A stretch of 47,673 bases of DNA from Vezdaea acicularis (GCA_026025075.1 JAPEUI010000057.1:62001-109673); one strand, 5' to 3'; shown: positions 13,175-28,003, counted from the stretch's first letter. Notes: generated by a model from the sequence alone, not told the origin. A program made the numbers and translations.

Positions 13175-13655
13175 CCTGGATTATTGTTGCGATTGAAGCG
13201 TGTACCTCCCAAATTCAGAGGGGATGATAAATTTTAATGAGTAGCCAAGGATAGGAGAATTGTTGAATGCGAATTGGGTCTTCCAACTTTAGCAGATGAG
13301 GAGCAAACGTGTCTGTCTAAACAGGAGATCAACAACGTTCACGGATGCTCAATCACCGAAACTTTTTTGGCAGGGGCACTTTGCGCAGGAACGGCCCCAA
13401 GCGAGCTCCCCCAACATCAGCCGATTTGGTACCCGGCAAAACCCTTTGCCGTTCTACAAGCGCCGCCTGATTTTCGGTTCCAGCCACGGCACTCTTCAGC
13501 CACAGACGTTTGGTAAGCGATGAGCCGTGTCACCAAGTAGGTGCCACTTCATGTATAACCAGGTGCCACTTCTTACATGCCCACAGCACTACCTGCATCT
13601 CCAACACCTCACCGACAGCTCCGGTAGGGGCCTCAACATAGAATTATAACATATC

Positions 13656-14855
13656 ATGCCACCACAGATCAAGCAAGATCTCAATCGGTCTGGCTGGGAG
13701 ACTACAGATTTCCCCTCAGTATGGTAGGTGCTTGATTTAGAGCGTTCACCAACCTTTACGCTACGTTCTGACCCTCTGGCTAGCGAAAACTGTCTTCCCG
13801 ATAATCCTTATGTTCAGATGCTCAAAGATGATCATGGCGCAGAGTGCAAGATATGCACTCGACCTTTTACTGTCTTTCGCTGGAAAGCGGACAGGACGGC
13901 TCGATCCAAGCGAACGAACATCTGCCTTACCTGCGCTAGACTAAAGAATTGTTGCCAATGCTGCATGCTCGACTTGTCTTTTGGACTTCCTATCGTCGTT
14001 CGTGATGCGGCTCTGAAGCTTGTTGCGCCGGGGCCTGGGAGCGCCGTGAACAGAGAATACTACGCGCAGGAGCATGAGAAGGAGATCGAAGACGGGCGAG
14101 GAGGTGTTGAAGAGTACGAAAAAACAGATGAGAAGGCTCGAGAACTCCTCCGAAGGTTAGCCAATAGTGAGCCTTATTACAAAAAGCAGCGACGAATGGG
14201 TCCAGGAGACGGAGCGCCAGCGACACATGCCAAAGATAGCCCAAAGCGGCCAATGCCTGGGCCAGTTCGAACAAAAGATGCGCGGGACGGGGCCGGGGCA
14301 CGGATCAGTGCTCGCGGTGGGCGGAGCGGTGGAAGGGTTCCTCGATCATTTCCCAGCACAGCGCAACTACCACCGGGGCCTCAGGACATCCTTCCGCCCG
14401 AAGACCTCACTATCACGTCGCTGTTCATCACAGGAGTCGAAGATGATCTCCCAGAACACGCCATTCGAACCTTCTTCGCTCCTTTTGGCGCCCTCCGCTC
14501 CGTCATCTGCTCTCATCGCTCGCATTGTGCCTTCATCAATTACACAACACGTACGGACGCTGAGACGGCCGCTAAGAGCTGTCAGGGCAAAGCCGTTATA
14601 GCAGGGTGTCCTTTGCGAGTACAGTGGGGCAAACCTCGTCCGCTCGACAGCATGGATCGGCAGGAGAGGATTGATACGAGGAAAGAAGGCAGAGTGGCCA
14701 TAGCAGGAGACTCCGAATCGATGCCTCTTGGAAATCTACAGACTGTGACCAGCTTGCCTTCAGGTAAACCGGAGGAGGATCTTGCAGGTCTTGAAGCAGT
14801 GGCAGCGCCTCCCGGGCAAGAGGACGTGAGATACGCAAGTTTGGCTGGCAATTAA
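13656..14855 (+). CDS. SLT11: Pre-mRNA splicing factor Slt11/Ecm2 (RBM22 family; Zn finger + RRM)
   Basis: Exon 1 13656-13723 (MPPQIKQDLNRSGWETTDFPSVC), intron GTAGGT..TAG 13724-13783, then CENCLPDNPYV, CKICTRPF, CARLKNCCQCCMLDL and a C-terminal RRM (SLFITGV..CAFINY..LRVQWG). Confidence 0.93.
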
Positions 14856-15664
14856 CATTTTTCGAATTGGGCGTCCGAGAGGTAAGGCACCAAACCTGTT
14901 GGCATTGGGGAATCGTTCCGGCCATTGTACCAATTTTTGGTATAGTACAGGTTCTAGAACCTTGTTTGTATACTGCACATAACTATACCAAATTCATTAG
15001 CAATTATAAAACAAAGGCTCACATGACATGGGAAGGTCCAAAATTATGACGGCACTGTCAGAGCGCTATCTACCGATGTTACATGTGAGCAGTAAGCAAT
15101 GAAGCCAGAAATTAGTCGCGGTCGTACTAGGTGTTGCCTCGGTAATGCTAAACAGACGTAGCTCTTACGTGGGGGGATGGTCCAATCAGTACAGCCAGCG
15201 CAGTGGTGCTCATGAAAGTCATTAACAGAGAACTAAACAGCTTGTGCAGCTAATGATAAAGGCTCATCTCATCACTCCCTTGAAGAGTCGTATCACAGGA
15301 TATTTTACGCGTGAACGAGCCGTCCATGTGTGTGCTCGGGAACAATTGAGTTTCGATGATTAAGGTGGGGCATACTCCCACACGCTTTCGGAGGGGATTT
15401 CTGCAGGCATTCTCGTCATCGTCTCCGCAGCTTCCGATCAATTGACTACTTCTGCTATCGCAGCTCCATCAGAAGCTCGCCAAACACTAACACATCTTCT
15501 ATACATCGCGTCATATCTCGAATACTCACGATTACAGTAGCGTGCTGAATATACCTCTAGTCGCAACCTCTTCGGCTTCGGTTTCACCGGTCATATCCTT
15601 GGAGGAGCAACCGATCCCAACTACAGGCAATCGAGCCACAATTCTACCCAACTCTCAACTCACC

Positions 15665-17486
<1,822 letters not shown>

Positions 17487-17863
17487 GGTATGCGATAAAG
17501 CCTATCTCGTTGATGGGGCTCTAGGGTTACTCGATACTGTACCAGCAGAGGATCTTCGCATACTTCCGGGCCTAAATTGGGTTGTTACCTTACTTTCTTG
17601 ACACAACTAGACCCGTAAATGTGGACTCGCGTATAGTTCAATGCGATATGCTGGTAAATCATGTAAATCAGATGCACAAAAGAGTCTCTTAGTCCGCAAT
17701 TGAGACTTTTCATGAAGGATCTATATAGTGACTGTGAACGGAAAATGGTGGGCTAAGGCCTGTGGCGCAGCTCGCGTGCCTCTTCACTTGAGACGTCGCG
17801 TTCAGGAAACTATGAACTGCCAATTCAATATGTGCAGGATTTGAATCTCCTTTAAAGACCGCT

Positions 17864-19045
17864 ATGATGACTCTAGCGCGGTCAGAATGGGTCACAGTTG
17901 TTACGCTATTGCTTGCCCTCTGCAATATTACAACGGCAGTGACGAGCGAAAAGCTATTGATGCCGGTGAGGAAAGCCACATATAAGGCCGGACAGACCAT
18001 CCCAGTGAGCTGTTTAAATCGCACCATGTAAGCTTCATTTTCCACATACCTATCTAGATACCGTTTGTATGTCAAGTTAGGAATGAAGGCTAACAGTAAA
18101 ATCTACGCATGAAAGTGATACGGGCGAGCATGTGAGTCTTCAAACACTTGTCATGGTAGCATGTACTGGAAAACACAAATTTCAGTAAGCTCAGCAGGTA
18201 TATATGTGCTAGATAGTGATAGGGTTTTGTAGATCTCGGATGAGAAAGGACAGCTCCAATACATACCGTTCCCGACTTGCAACGAGACGGGTCGACCGTT
18301 GGAACTCTACTTCGGGGTCGAGAAAGGTATTTCGTCGCTGTATAAGATGCGCAATACTCTTTTAACATTCCGCAAGATACTAATTGTACCATACCATTCA
18401 TAACGGATGAATTTTTCCACCTATTGGAGTTCTACATTCATAACGACGCCCCTCTGTCTTGTCGAATCCCAGCGCGACCGCTAGGAGATGGAGAGCGTGA
18501 AATCACGCCCTCGTCCACGGCCAGTGCATCTGACGAATACATCCCAATAAGTCTGTGTCCCATCTTCTCTGACAACGCAGTCGTATGAGCTCATAGCCTC
18601 TATAGTATTCGCTCTTCTTGGTACTCTTCAACTTTCTCACCTACATATATCCACTTCTCTCAACATACTCCTCCACTCATCCTCTCAGGATCCTTTCACG
18701 GTTGACTCTGCAACGGCATACTCTACCTCTCCCCTTACCTCTTCTACGCGCATTGTAATTGGCGATCCCCTGCCATTGAAATTATCTGTGCGGTGGTACC
18801 CGACTACGAATCTTCCCAGCGGCTGGACCGGCTTAGGTGGTCATCTCTACATTAGCACGGTAGTATATTGTGTTCTTGGGGCTATCGTGGGCGTGTTCGC
18901 GAGTATGGCATGGTTTAGGGGTGTAGAGCTGCCTCGGAGATTAAACAGCGGGCAGAGCGTTATGAATTTGGGCGGCGCCCACTGGGCAGGTAGAGGTGGT
19001 GGCTATGGATTACCGGCGAGGACAGGCTGGGGAAAGCGAGACTAG
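17864..19045 (+). CDS. Uncharacterised fungal protein with signal peptide and C-terminal transmembrane helix (type I membrane protein)
   Basis: Hand-spliced exons 17864-18027, 18116-18131, 18233-18326, 18377-18550 and 18606-19045 give one open frame: hydrophobic N-terminus, IPVSCLNRTIDTGEH, YIPFPTCNETGRPLE, EFFHLLEFYIHNDAPLSCRIP, TM segment STVVYCVLGAIVGVFASMAWF and a Gly-rich tail ending GKRD. Confidence 0.8.
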
Positions 19046-19394
19046 CAATTCTAGATGCATAGCGGGATGAACATACAACACCTAGCCTTCAAGAGACTTA
19101 TGAAGCGGAAACCTTAGATTAATCGAACTGGTCAATGGCCTATGCCGATACAACAAACGTCTTTCTCCAATACTTGGTTCATATTCAGCCACGAGGGATG
19201 TACTATAAGTTATTATTTATGACACGAGGAATGTTCTCAAGCTTTATCTCTAGTATGATCAGACAAGGGGCAACTAGTAGGTCAATCAACCATCCTCATA
19301 AGCTTCTCATGGTTTTGAGGAGAAGAGCGAGCCCCAAAAAATCCTTCGCCAAGTGATTGACAAATATGCACATCTAGCTTATTCCAACAAAATC

Positions 19395-20159
19395 TCACCA
19401 TCCCTTGTCCTTCATTGCCATAATCTTTTCCTTCGCACGTAAGAAGCTCGTCATGAACCTTGCCTCCTTCCTGGCCCTTTTCAACCTTTTCCTTTTCAGC
19501 CCTGGCCGCTCATGAAATCTTTGCCGGTTGGTGTCTCTCCTGATCCTATTTCTTGCCACTATTGCGTTCAACATGCCCAGACCCCTTAAGAGATCCACTC
19601 CCTTGTTTGGGTTGATTGATATTGTGCGCCCTGTAGATGCATTGAGTCGTAAAGGAAGCAGCTCCGATTTTGGAGGCGCTTCCCGGCCTCTGGCGGGATA
19701 TTTCCGATCAATCATCATGTGATTGAGAGCGTGGTGAGGTTGGTTTTTCTCTTGTGGACTCCACAATTGAGAGTGTGTTCGCTGATGGAGCTCTGGGATA
19801 TCTTTCCCGAACGATAGATTCGAGTTCTGCTGATTGTTCAACCTATCTGCAGGGTATGGTGGCCGGCGGGATGAACGGGGAATCAGATTAGCTATGCTGG
19901 CTAGGGGATCTGATTCTGTCTTAGGTTGCTCTTCCACCTCAGCTATGGGTTCTGATGAAGCAACGGCAGATTGTTGATATCTCGCGGAAGACATTACAAA
20001 TGTTCTCCTAGGGGGCTTGTGGCCTTTGGGAAGTACGCCCCGCGGCCGATGCTGGCGTATTTGCAATTGTGAAGGAAAAGGTAGTCTTAAAAAACTGTTG
20101 CGGCAGGGAGATCGGGTGATCCAATTTAAATTGGGGGCTGGTATTCGAAGCTGCATCAT
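19395..20159 (-). CDS. MRP21: Mitochondrial small ribosomal subunit protein bS21m
   Basis: Basic presequence-like N-terminus and C-terminal S21 motif NRIRRDTNRQRFHERPGLKRKRLKR..RF..MKDKGW. Single 254-aa ORF. Confidence 0.85.
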   Translation of the reverse strand: MMQLRIPAPNLNWITRSPCRNSFLRLPFPSQLQIRQHRPRGVLPKGHKPPRRTFVMSSARYQQSAVASSEPIAEVEEQPKTESDPLASIANLIPRSSRRPPYPADRLNNQQNSNLSFGKDIPELHQRTHSQLWSPQEKNQPHHALNHMMIDRKYPARGREAPPKSELLPLRLNASTGRTISINPNKGVDLLRGLGMLNAIVARNRIRRDTNRQRFHERPGLKRKRLKRARKEARFMTSFLRAKEKIMAMKDKGW

Positions 20160-20554
20160 TCGTGCGCTATTGAGGATTATTTAGATGATTGTGTGGAATT
20201 GGCAGAGTAATCGCAATGATGCCCGAGATCTTTTACGTTTCGCAAAGGCCAGTCTCGCGGGCTTTCATGGCGCCGCTTTTACATAATTGTTGACGAAGTG
20301 GCCGCTGCTTAGTGACCACACAAGTAGCACTGCAAAGAATTAACGAGGTTTCTAACATTCGTGATTTGGTGAGAAGGTACCTAGTTGAGTTTCTGTTGTG
20401 CCATCAATCTCGTCGCCCGGGAGTACAGTAGCGCCACGCCGCTTTATAGGTCATCTCCACGCGCAAGAAAATGAAAGAGGCACAAGTCACAACCAGTACG
20501 CTTCACGGTTGAATTAGTTAGATCAAAACAGGTTCACTGAGAGGATCTTGCGCA

Positions 20555-23166
20555 ATGTATAATCAATACCGGAGTAAGATTTCCCTATCACTTTTCAGAG
20601 AGATGTATGCTTCCATCTCTTAAGCGCCAAGAGCTTAAAGTCAAATGCTCAAAATCTTCTAACAGGTACACAATATGGTCGACCTCAAATGCCACCTGGA
20701 TATGGAGGCTTTGGTGGGCAGCCGGGTGTGCCCCCAGGCATGGGACATCCTCCAGGGACCGGTATGCTATTATTCAATACTATAATTATCAGAAGACTAG
20801 CTGACCTCAATAGCTTCATCGCCGCCTGGCATGTCACCAGCTCCAGGGGTCGGTCCAGCTCCAGGGATGCTGCAGACCGATTCACAACAGCCCGGGCGCC
20901 TCGGTGGTGTTCCAATGAGTTTTCATCCTCCGGCGAACATGCCGAATATTAATTTTTCGGCACCTGTAATCCGTCTTGGGACAACCGGACCTTCAAAACC
21001 ACTCACCACTCTAAGTGGTGACACTGCTGGACGTAAGGGAGGCATAATGGACGGTCAAGATCGACACAGATCGGGTCTAGGAGCTGGTCAGGGTATTGAA
21101 CAACAAAGGCAGGCATTAAAGGATAGCATGATGACTCTTGTGCCTCCGACAAAAGAAGAAGTAGTGCGAACAATCTTTGTTGGGGCTATCACCGAAGGCG
21201 CAGGTGGGGATGATGGGATAGAGCGGATCTTGCGTACGGCTGGTAACTTAAAGCGCTGGAACCGTGCAACTGATGCAGATGGGAAACAGTGCACTTTCGG
21301 GTTTGCGGAATATGATGATCCAGAGAGCTTAGGAATGGCAATTGAAGTTCTGAAAGATGTTGAGGTCCCAGTCATGAAGCAACATCCGAAGGCCTCTGGA
21401 TCTGAGGGAATGGTTAGTCCGGTAATCTCTGCGGAAAAGAGTAGGCTCTTGGTAATCTCGATTGCTCGATCGTATTGCTTCGACTATTGCTAATCCTAGC
21501 AGATCATTCACGATGAGAATTCGCTCGATTATCTCGAGCAGTATAGATCATCAAGAGGTGGCGAAGATCCAAGCACTGCTCAGTCGCGGCTTGACAACGC
21601 GCGAGCTTCACTAAATGATATATTGGCAGAACTTAGAAGTCCTTCTCTATCCACGGATCAGGATACCGACGGCGACGTCCCAATGCAAGACACAGCAAAC
21701 AAAACCGATGGAAGCCATGCCGAGATCGTCACAATACCTCTAACAGTAGAAGACGAACTTGCAGATATTCCAGCAGAAATGCGAGAGACGGTCGCTCAAG
21801 AAATTGCTGCATTCAGAGACCGAAGCAACCGCCGTGATATGGAGCGACTCAAAAGGGAAGAAGAGGTTGAGCATGCAGAAAAGGTCAGAAATGGGTATTC
21901 ACGAGGGCCCCGAATGGCTTCACCCCCGCCATCAGCGCCCAGTGGGCCGGCTAGTGGCGCGATTGGGATTCCCTTGGGCCCAAGAATGCCTACAGTACAA
22001 GGGGCTCCACTGGGACCAAAAGGCTTTCAGGGCCAACAAATGCCGAGAGATTATCAGAAGGGAGTCGCGTTCGTTAATGGGAGTGGGGTCAACGGAGCAG
22101 GGCCTGCTGGATGGCTAAACCGAGAAGATGAAGAAAGTGACGCTAGCGATGAAGAGCTTGAGCAAAGAAGGGTTCAAAAGAAGGAAGCTGAACTCGAGAA
22201 GCAGTATCTAGACCATGAGCGACGCTGGATAAATCGAGAGAAAAGTCGCACTGCAGCGGTAGAAAGAGAAAAACTCAGAGACAAAGAAGATTCGGCCCGT
22301 CAAGCGGCGGAAAAGGAAGCCATGGCTAAGCGTTTACGTGACTGGAACGACGATGTTGAAGCTAGGCGTAAGGTTGAGGAGTACTACCAAGACCGTAGCC
22401 TTTGGAACCGGAATCGTGCAAGCTTTCGCCGACGCGAGATCGATCTAGATGAAAGAGATCGTCTAGCTGAAGAGCGGGAGAACACAAGAGAGCAGGCTCA
22501 GCGTGAGCAGGCTCGAGGTGCGGCTGACCAGTTCCTTGCTCAGCAAGCTGAAGAGATGGCTATTGCTCCGAGCATGCGAGAACCACAGCGATTTAAATTA
22601 TCCCTTGGTGCTGCGGCCCAGAAGGTCCAGGCTGCAGCCCCTAGACGGACTGTAGCAGAAGTGGAGGGTCTTCTTGAGGATGAGGAAGAGGCCTCTGCTT
22701 CTACAAAGCGAACACTAATTCCAATTAAGTTTGATAGCGCAGCCGAAACCCGGGGCCTGCCCGAAGAAGAGCGGGAGCAAGCCGTTCGGCAGCTAGCGGC
22801 CGAGATTCCTACGGAAAAAGATGGGCTATGGGCCTGGCCCGTCAAGTGGGAGTTTGTCGACGATGCTGTGGTTGGCGAGAAGCTTAAGCCATTCGTGGAA
22901 AGAAAGATCGTCGAGTATCTTGGGGTCCAGGAGCAGATGCTTGTCGAGGTTGTCGAAGAACACATTAGAAAACGAGGCGGCCCCCAAGAACTTGTGGAAA
23001 TGCTTGAAGGAGTGAGTGCATCTCTTGTCTAAGGGTCTAATCGGTTGAACGCGCTGCTAACATAGCTTTCCAGGCTCTAGATGAAGAGGCTGAAGTTCTC
23101 GTGAAGAAGCTATGGAGGATGGTCATTTTCTTTTCAGAAAGTGAGAAGGGGGGGCTTTCAGCATGA
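20555..23166 (+). CDS. SNU71: U1 snRNP-associated protein Snu71/Usp107 (RBM25-like; RRM + coiled coil + PWI)
   Basis: Pro/Gly-rich N-terminus, RRM (TIFVGAI..FGFAEY), R/E-rich coiled coil and PWI domain (LKPFVERKIVEYLGVQE..LDEEAEVLVKKLWRMVIF). Exons 20555-20573, 20666-20761, 20814-21451, 21504-23011 and 23074-23166. Confidence 0.9.
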
Positions 23167-23856
23167 ATTGGGATATCAAACACTCATCCACCAACACTAG
23201 CAGCCTCGCTCAAGGTCTTTAGTTGAATAGAGCTTCTTGCTCTTCGCCTGATTAAAGATCAGATCGCAAGATTATATGATTATATGAGCAACATGCATCT
23301 CAAAGGATAGATCAGGCGTTGAGATTCCATGTGCCAATCACAGCTTCTTCTGATTCCTCATGATTTAGAATAAAGCTATAGTATTATGCGACTAACGTGC
23401 GAAGATGGAACCCTGGAATAGTACTTAGGACACGTTGTCGGCCTCAGTCTTTTATAGGACTAGCGAACAGACGCCGTGCCGATTCCATGGCCCACCAATT
23501 CAGCTGCATCCTGAACAGATCGATATCTGCGAAAACTGATACTGTTGTCTTGCAGCCTTCAAGATAGTTTGAGAAGTACTGCGGGTTTCGTATCTTCACC
23601 AATCAGAGACTGGGCGGCCATGACGAGATAGGCATGAAGGTAAAAAACAGTTTTTGCGCTTGGGTTGACCAAGCTTAGCGTCGGGCTTACCGCCCGGAAT
23701 CCTTGCCGCCAGATTGCCCAGCCCCGCCCCACCAATTTTGCGCCCATGACGAAGTTGGCGTCCTCGTGTCGATAGAGTGCACCGCTTTGCTGTCCTGTGA
23801 TGTCTACACTAACACAGCCTGCGCAACTTTCCTGATGCCCTTCTCAAAAGGTAATA

Positions 23857-23945
23857 TCTCTCTCTTTCTCTTCTTCCTCTCTTCTCTTCTCTTCTCCCTT
23901 CTCTCTCCTCCACTCTCTCCTCTCTCCCCCTTCGCCCTTTCGCAC
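23857..23945 (+). promoter_or_regulatory. CT-rich pyrimidine tract (CT-box-like) upstream of the repeat-protein gene
   Basis: About 90 nt almost entirely C/T, ~315 nt upstream of ATG 24260. Such tracts commonly sit near transcription starts in filamentous fungi. Confidence 0.5.
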
Positions 23946-24259
23946 ATCCTGCTATCGTCTCCGCTCCTGTTTCCGTCAACCTCATCCTGTGACGCAAAGA
24001 TTGTGATTGATATATACACAACCAACTATTGATGATTGCAGCAGCTTTGTATTTCTCTTCCTAGACTGGTCATAGCCCACGGCGAATGTGGCAGAACTTC
24101 CCTAAATTCATTTAGAACATCCAGTCAATTCATCAACTCACATCCGACGTCATCTTCGCCTGAGCTTATCAATCACACACAGTACGGAAACGCTAAGGAC
24201 CTCAACCTTTCTATTTAACATCAAAAGGCAACTCCGAGAAGAGCGCTGTATTCGCAATC

Positions 24260-26613
24260 ATGTCCGTTCGTGGCGATACATATAGATCGTCAGCTGGTGA
24301 GCTAGATATTTCCTTCCGCGAGGGTCCGCCAGGCAGCGGCCGGCGCGGCGAGCGATGGGATACAGAGCGCTTCGCTAGAGAACGCGAGCGGGTTGAGGCT
24401 GGCCCACGAAGGTTCGGTAACGGTCGGGAATACGAAGAGGACATCGAGATTGACCACTTCGAACGTGATGATGGACCTCGCCCACGCCGTCATGGCAGTG
24501 TGAGCCAGAGAGTCTTTGAAGGTGACTTCAGTCGCCAAGGCGGACGTGAACGCGGCCGTGTCTACTACGAGGACGATCGTTCGAGCAGTGGCAGCATTTC
24601 CCCTCCCCGCTCAGTTGTGTCGAGTGCGCTCCGTGGTCCTCGAGGTGGGCGTCGTCAGTCGATTACCATAGATAGAGATATCCGCGGACCACCTCCCGTG
24701 CCTCGAGGGCCAGCGCGCCCGAGTTACTTGCGACGCCAATCATCTCTTGACACATTTGATCGCAGGCCTCGTCCCCGGTTTGAGGAACACGAAGAAATAT
24801 CCATCCGTGATAATTTTCGGGCTCCCCCAGTTCGTGAACATAGACCTCCTCCTGCTGGGGAAGAGATACGGATCCGTGAAGAATTCAGAGGTGGCGGTCG
24901 CGAAGACATAAGCATCAGAGAAGACATTCGAGACTCGGGCAGGGACGATATTAGAATTCGTAACGACTTCAGAGGCCCTGGTAGAGAAGATATCAGAATA
25001 CGCGATGACTTCAGGGGTCCCGTTAGGGAGGACATCAGGATTCGCGATGATTTCAGAGGTCCCGGAGTGGAGGAGATCAAAATTCGAGATGATTTTCGAG
25101 GCCCTGGCAGGGAAGAGGTTAGGTTCCGAGATGATTTCCGGACCCCAGTAAGGGAGGACATCAGTATTCGAGACGACTACCGAGGCTCTGGGAGAGAAGA
25201 AATAAGCATTCGTGATGACTTCAGAGGCCCTGGGAGAGAGGAGATCAGTATTCGTGATGACTTTAGAGGCCCAGTAAGAGAAGAGATCAAAATCCGAGAA
25301 GATTTCAGACCTCCGCCTAGAGAAGATTTCAGACCTCCCCCTCGTGAACGCGAAGAGATCCATATACGAGAAGACCGGTTTCGAGACGACTTCAGACCTC
25401 CTATCAATGTTCCCATTCCCCTTCCTCGCCCAAGGAGATCCCCACCCCGATTTAAGGAGCGAGAATATGAAGAAATACGAATTGCAGAGCCTGATCGCTA
25501 TGGCGATGAAGGTTTCAGGGATTTCAGGAGACAACGAAGCGGAAGTCGAGTTGATATCCGAGAATCTAGCGAGAGCATGACAGTTGATGAACGAGAAGGT
25601 GGAAGAAAATTCCCTCGCCGTGGGAAAACAAAGATGCCCCGCAGGCTAATCGACCCCCGAGCTGTGATCCAGTTGGGTTATCCATACGAAGATGACGTAT
25701 GAGACCCATCCGCGGCCAGTTTGATACATAAGCTAACTTTCGAGCTCTAGGGTGATCATATCGTCATCCTTCTAGCATTAGGTGGAGATCAGATTGATGA
25801 AGTCATAAGCATTAGCGATAGAATGCGCAGAGATGAAGGAGGTGAGTCGCTATCAAGACTTTGGCATATGTTCATTAACACTCGTGTGTAGGCGCAGGGA
25901 TCAGGATTGAGAATACATCAAGAATGATCGAAGCACCTGCCCCGCCCCCATTCCAGCCCGAATTTGTTGAAAACAGGACGGAAATATTTGAGTCCAGTCC
26001 CCCACAACCACAAGTGATACAAATTCCTGCCCCTGCAAGTCAGATCATTTATAGTGCACCTCCGCCGCCTGCAAGAGCTGAGATACTCCCTGCGCACCAT
26101 CATGGACCACCGGCTTCTGAAGCCTGGGAGGTTGCTACCGTACGATCGGAAAGGCGCGAGTCCGAGCATGAGTCCGAGCGGCATAGTTCGCGAACAAGGT
26201 CTCGATCTCGTCGTCGAAAGTCGTCTCCCAAAAGAGAGATTATTGAAGAGTCCAGCGAAACAATTGGAGGGCCTCTGAGCTTGTTCAATCCTGATCGGCG
26301 CAAGAGTAAGAGTGAGCGTGATATCAAAGCTGAGATCAAAGCCCTTGAAGCAGAAAAGAAGGCACTGAAGCTAGAGCGAAGGGCAGAAAAGGAAGAACGG
26401 CAGGCGGAAAGGTACCGAGATAAAAGCAGGAATAGGGATAACTTTGAAGTGGTCGAAACAGATCAGGTTGAGATCAAAAGAGATCGTAAGGGTAGGTTAT
26501 CATTGGTTAAAGGTTGATAAAGGTCGGCCCTGATTTATTATGGGGTAGACCGAGAACACGAACGAACTCCCGATCCGAGATTGCTCCGATTGGCTTTGGG
26601 TACCCTTACATGA
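24260..26613 (+). CDS. Disordered Arg/Glu/Asp-rich protein with 14-aa tandem repeats and a small globular motif (PRRGKTKMPRRL..AVIQLGYPYE..ALG..IDEVI)
   Basis: Exons 24260-25696, 25751-25841, 25892-26491 and 26549-26613 join in frame across canonical introns. Retaining the last intron gives an alternative stop at 26517. Confidence 0.85.
24860..25322 (+). repeat. Coding tandem repeat, 42-nt unit x ~11, consensus E(D/E)IxIRDDFRGP(G/V)R
   Basis: Eleven consecutive 14-aa units read from the translation. Synonymous positions vary between units. Confidence 0.95.
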
Positions 26614-27541
26614 CCATATCTTTGGAATGTCCTTATCCTACAGTCGTCAACACCTCCAGTTCTCTAGATCTCCAGCACATAAGCTTTCTAGGCTCCGAGA
26701 AAGAGATAGTGCGATGTCGATTTGGTTCCCGACGATGATTAAGGGATTGATTTCTTACAACGTGCTTCCTCCTGCTGGAGTAGCAATCCCGACAGGTTTC
26801 TTTACTCTTCTTGGGTGAATGTTTTGTGAGGCAGAGCCAGCTCACTATGATTCGATGAATTCTATTAAAGTATGATTTGTTGGACGGCCTTAATCCCTTT
26901 GATATTGTAGACCGTATTTGAACAATTTATTGATGCATAAAGAAATTCCCTTGGATCGCATTTCGCAATCTAACACAATGCAATACAGATAATTAGAATG
27001 TCATATACCTTAAATGCTTTTGATACGATTTGGCGGTGCTTCTCAATACATATAGCCAAGGGTCAGCAACATTGTGCGAAACATAATGTTAGAGCCTCTT
27101 GAGCGGTGGGGTGGTGAACGAGCCGCTAGATTTCAAACGAGGCTATAACGGAGATGGGCGTCAGTGTGTCAGGCAAAACAACCCCAGCCCCACGCTCCAT
27201 TGAATACAAGCTTTTTCGACGGCCTGCACTCTCTTTCTGGTGCTGAGTCCATAACTGTTTAGTCGTGACTTCGCTTCAATTACTGACGAAGCCTCAATCA
27301 TCATTCGCTTTGTCAGACAAGTTCACCGCGACTAGCCACTTGTGGGACGCCGATATCTCGCGCCCGAGCATCTCACCAACTGCCGGCTCGCTTTAAACAC
27401 CTTCCATCAGCCTCGCAATTGATGCAGAAGAGCACAGCAGTGAGCCGACCAACAAGTCAAAAGCTGCAGCATCTCAAAATTCGCTTGCCGCTAGTTTGCG
27501 TCCTCAGGTTCCTGAACTTCAGCGCTTAAAATTCTGGACAG

Positions 27542-27910
27542 GTATGCTACAGTCAAATATATTCTATATGTTACCACGTTCTTCTTCGCCTTCACACGAT
27601 AAAGCGCCAGCCTCAGTGTACTATCAGGGGAGAATCCATTCTCTTTGAGACTCAAAGTGCACACATTGAGGTTCTACGGATACCTCATGGCATAAGCAGC
27701 TGGCCTCACCTCATAAATCACTATCAAACGAGACGGTTCCAGGAAGCTTGAGCTTGGAAACTCTTTCTACGCTCACTTCACATCCCATAAGGCAAATAAA
27801 TCAAACGTTTGTCACAAATTACAGAAATTTGACCGTTGGAGGAAAATCCCGAGGCTTTTCTTCCTTTGGACGCATTGAACACAAGCTAACGTTCACCTGC
27901 CGACGTACAG
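27542..27910 (+). other. Probable 5'-UTR intron of the RING gene
   Basis: CAG|GTATGC donor at 27542, GCTAAC branch at 27885-27890, TACAG acceptor at 27910, 94 nt before ATG 28004. Confidence 0.55.
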
Positions 27911-28003
27911 CCACCCTCAAAATACATTGCTGGCTTAATACACTCATTCAACATGTATACCTGAAACCCAAGTTTTGACTGTCAAATACACACGCCCTTC
28001 AGT

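Noticed and set aside
15542..15664. N-terminal extension of PGI from a GTG start
   Set aside because: A good-context ATG at 15665 gives a normal-length enzyme, and nothing visible supports the extension.
24724..25534. Antisense ORFs over the 42-nt repeat, and antisense ORFs over gag, pol and other genes
   Set aside because: Shadows of the sense coding frames.
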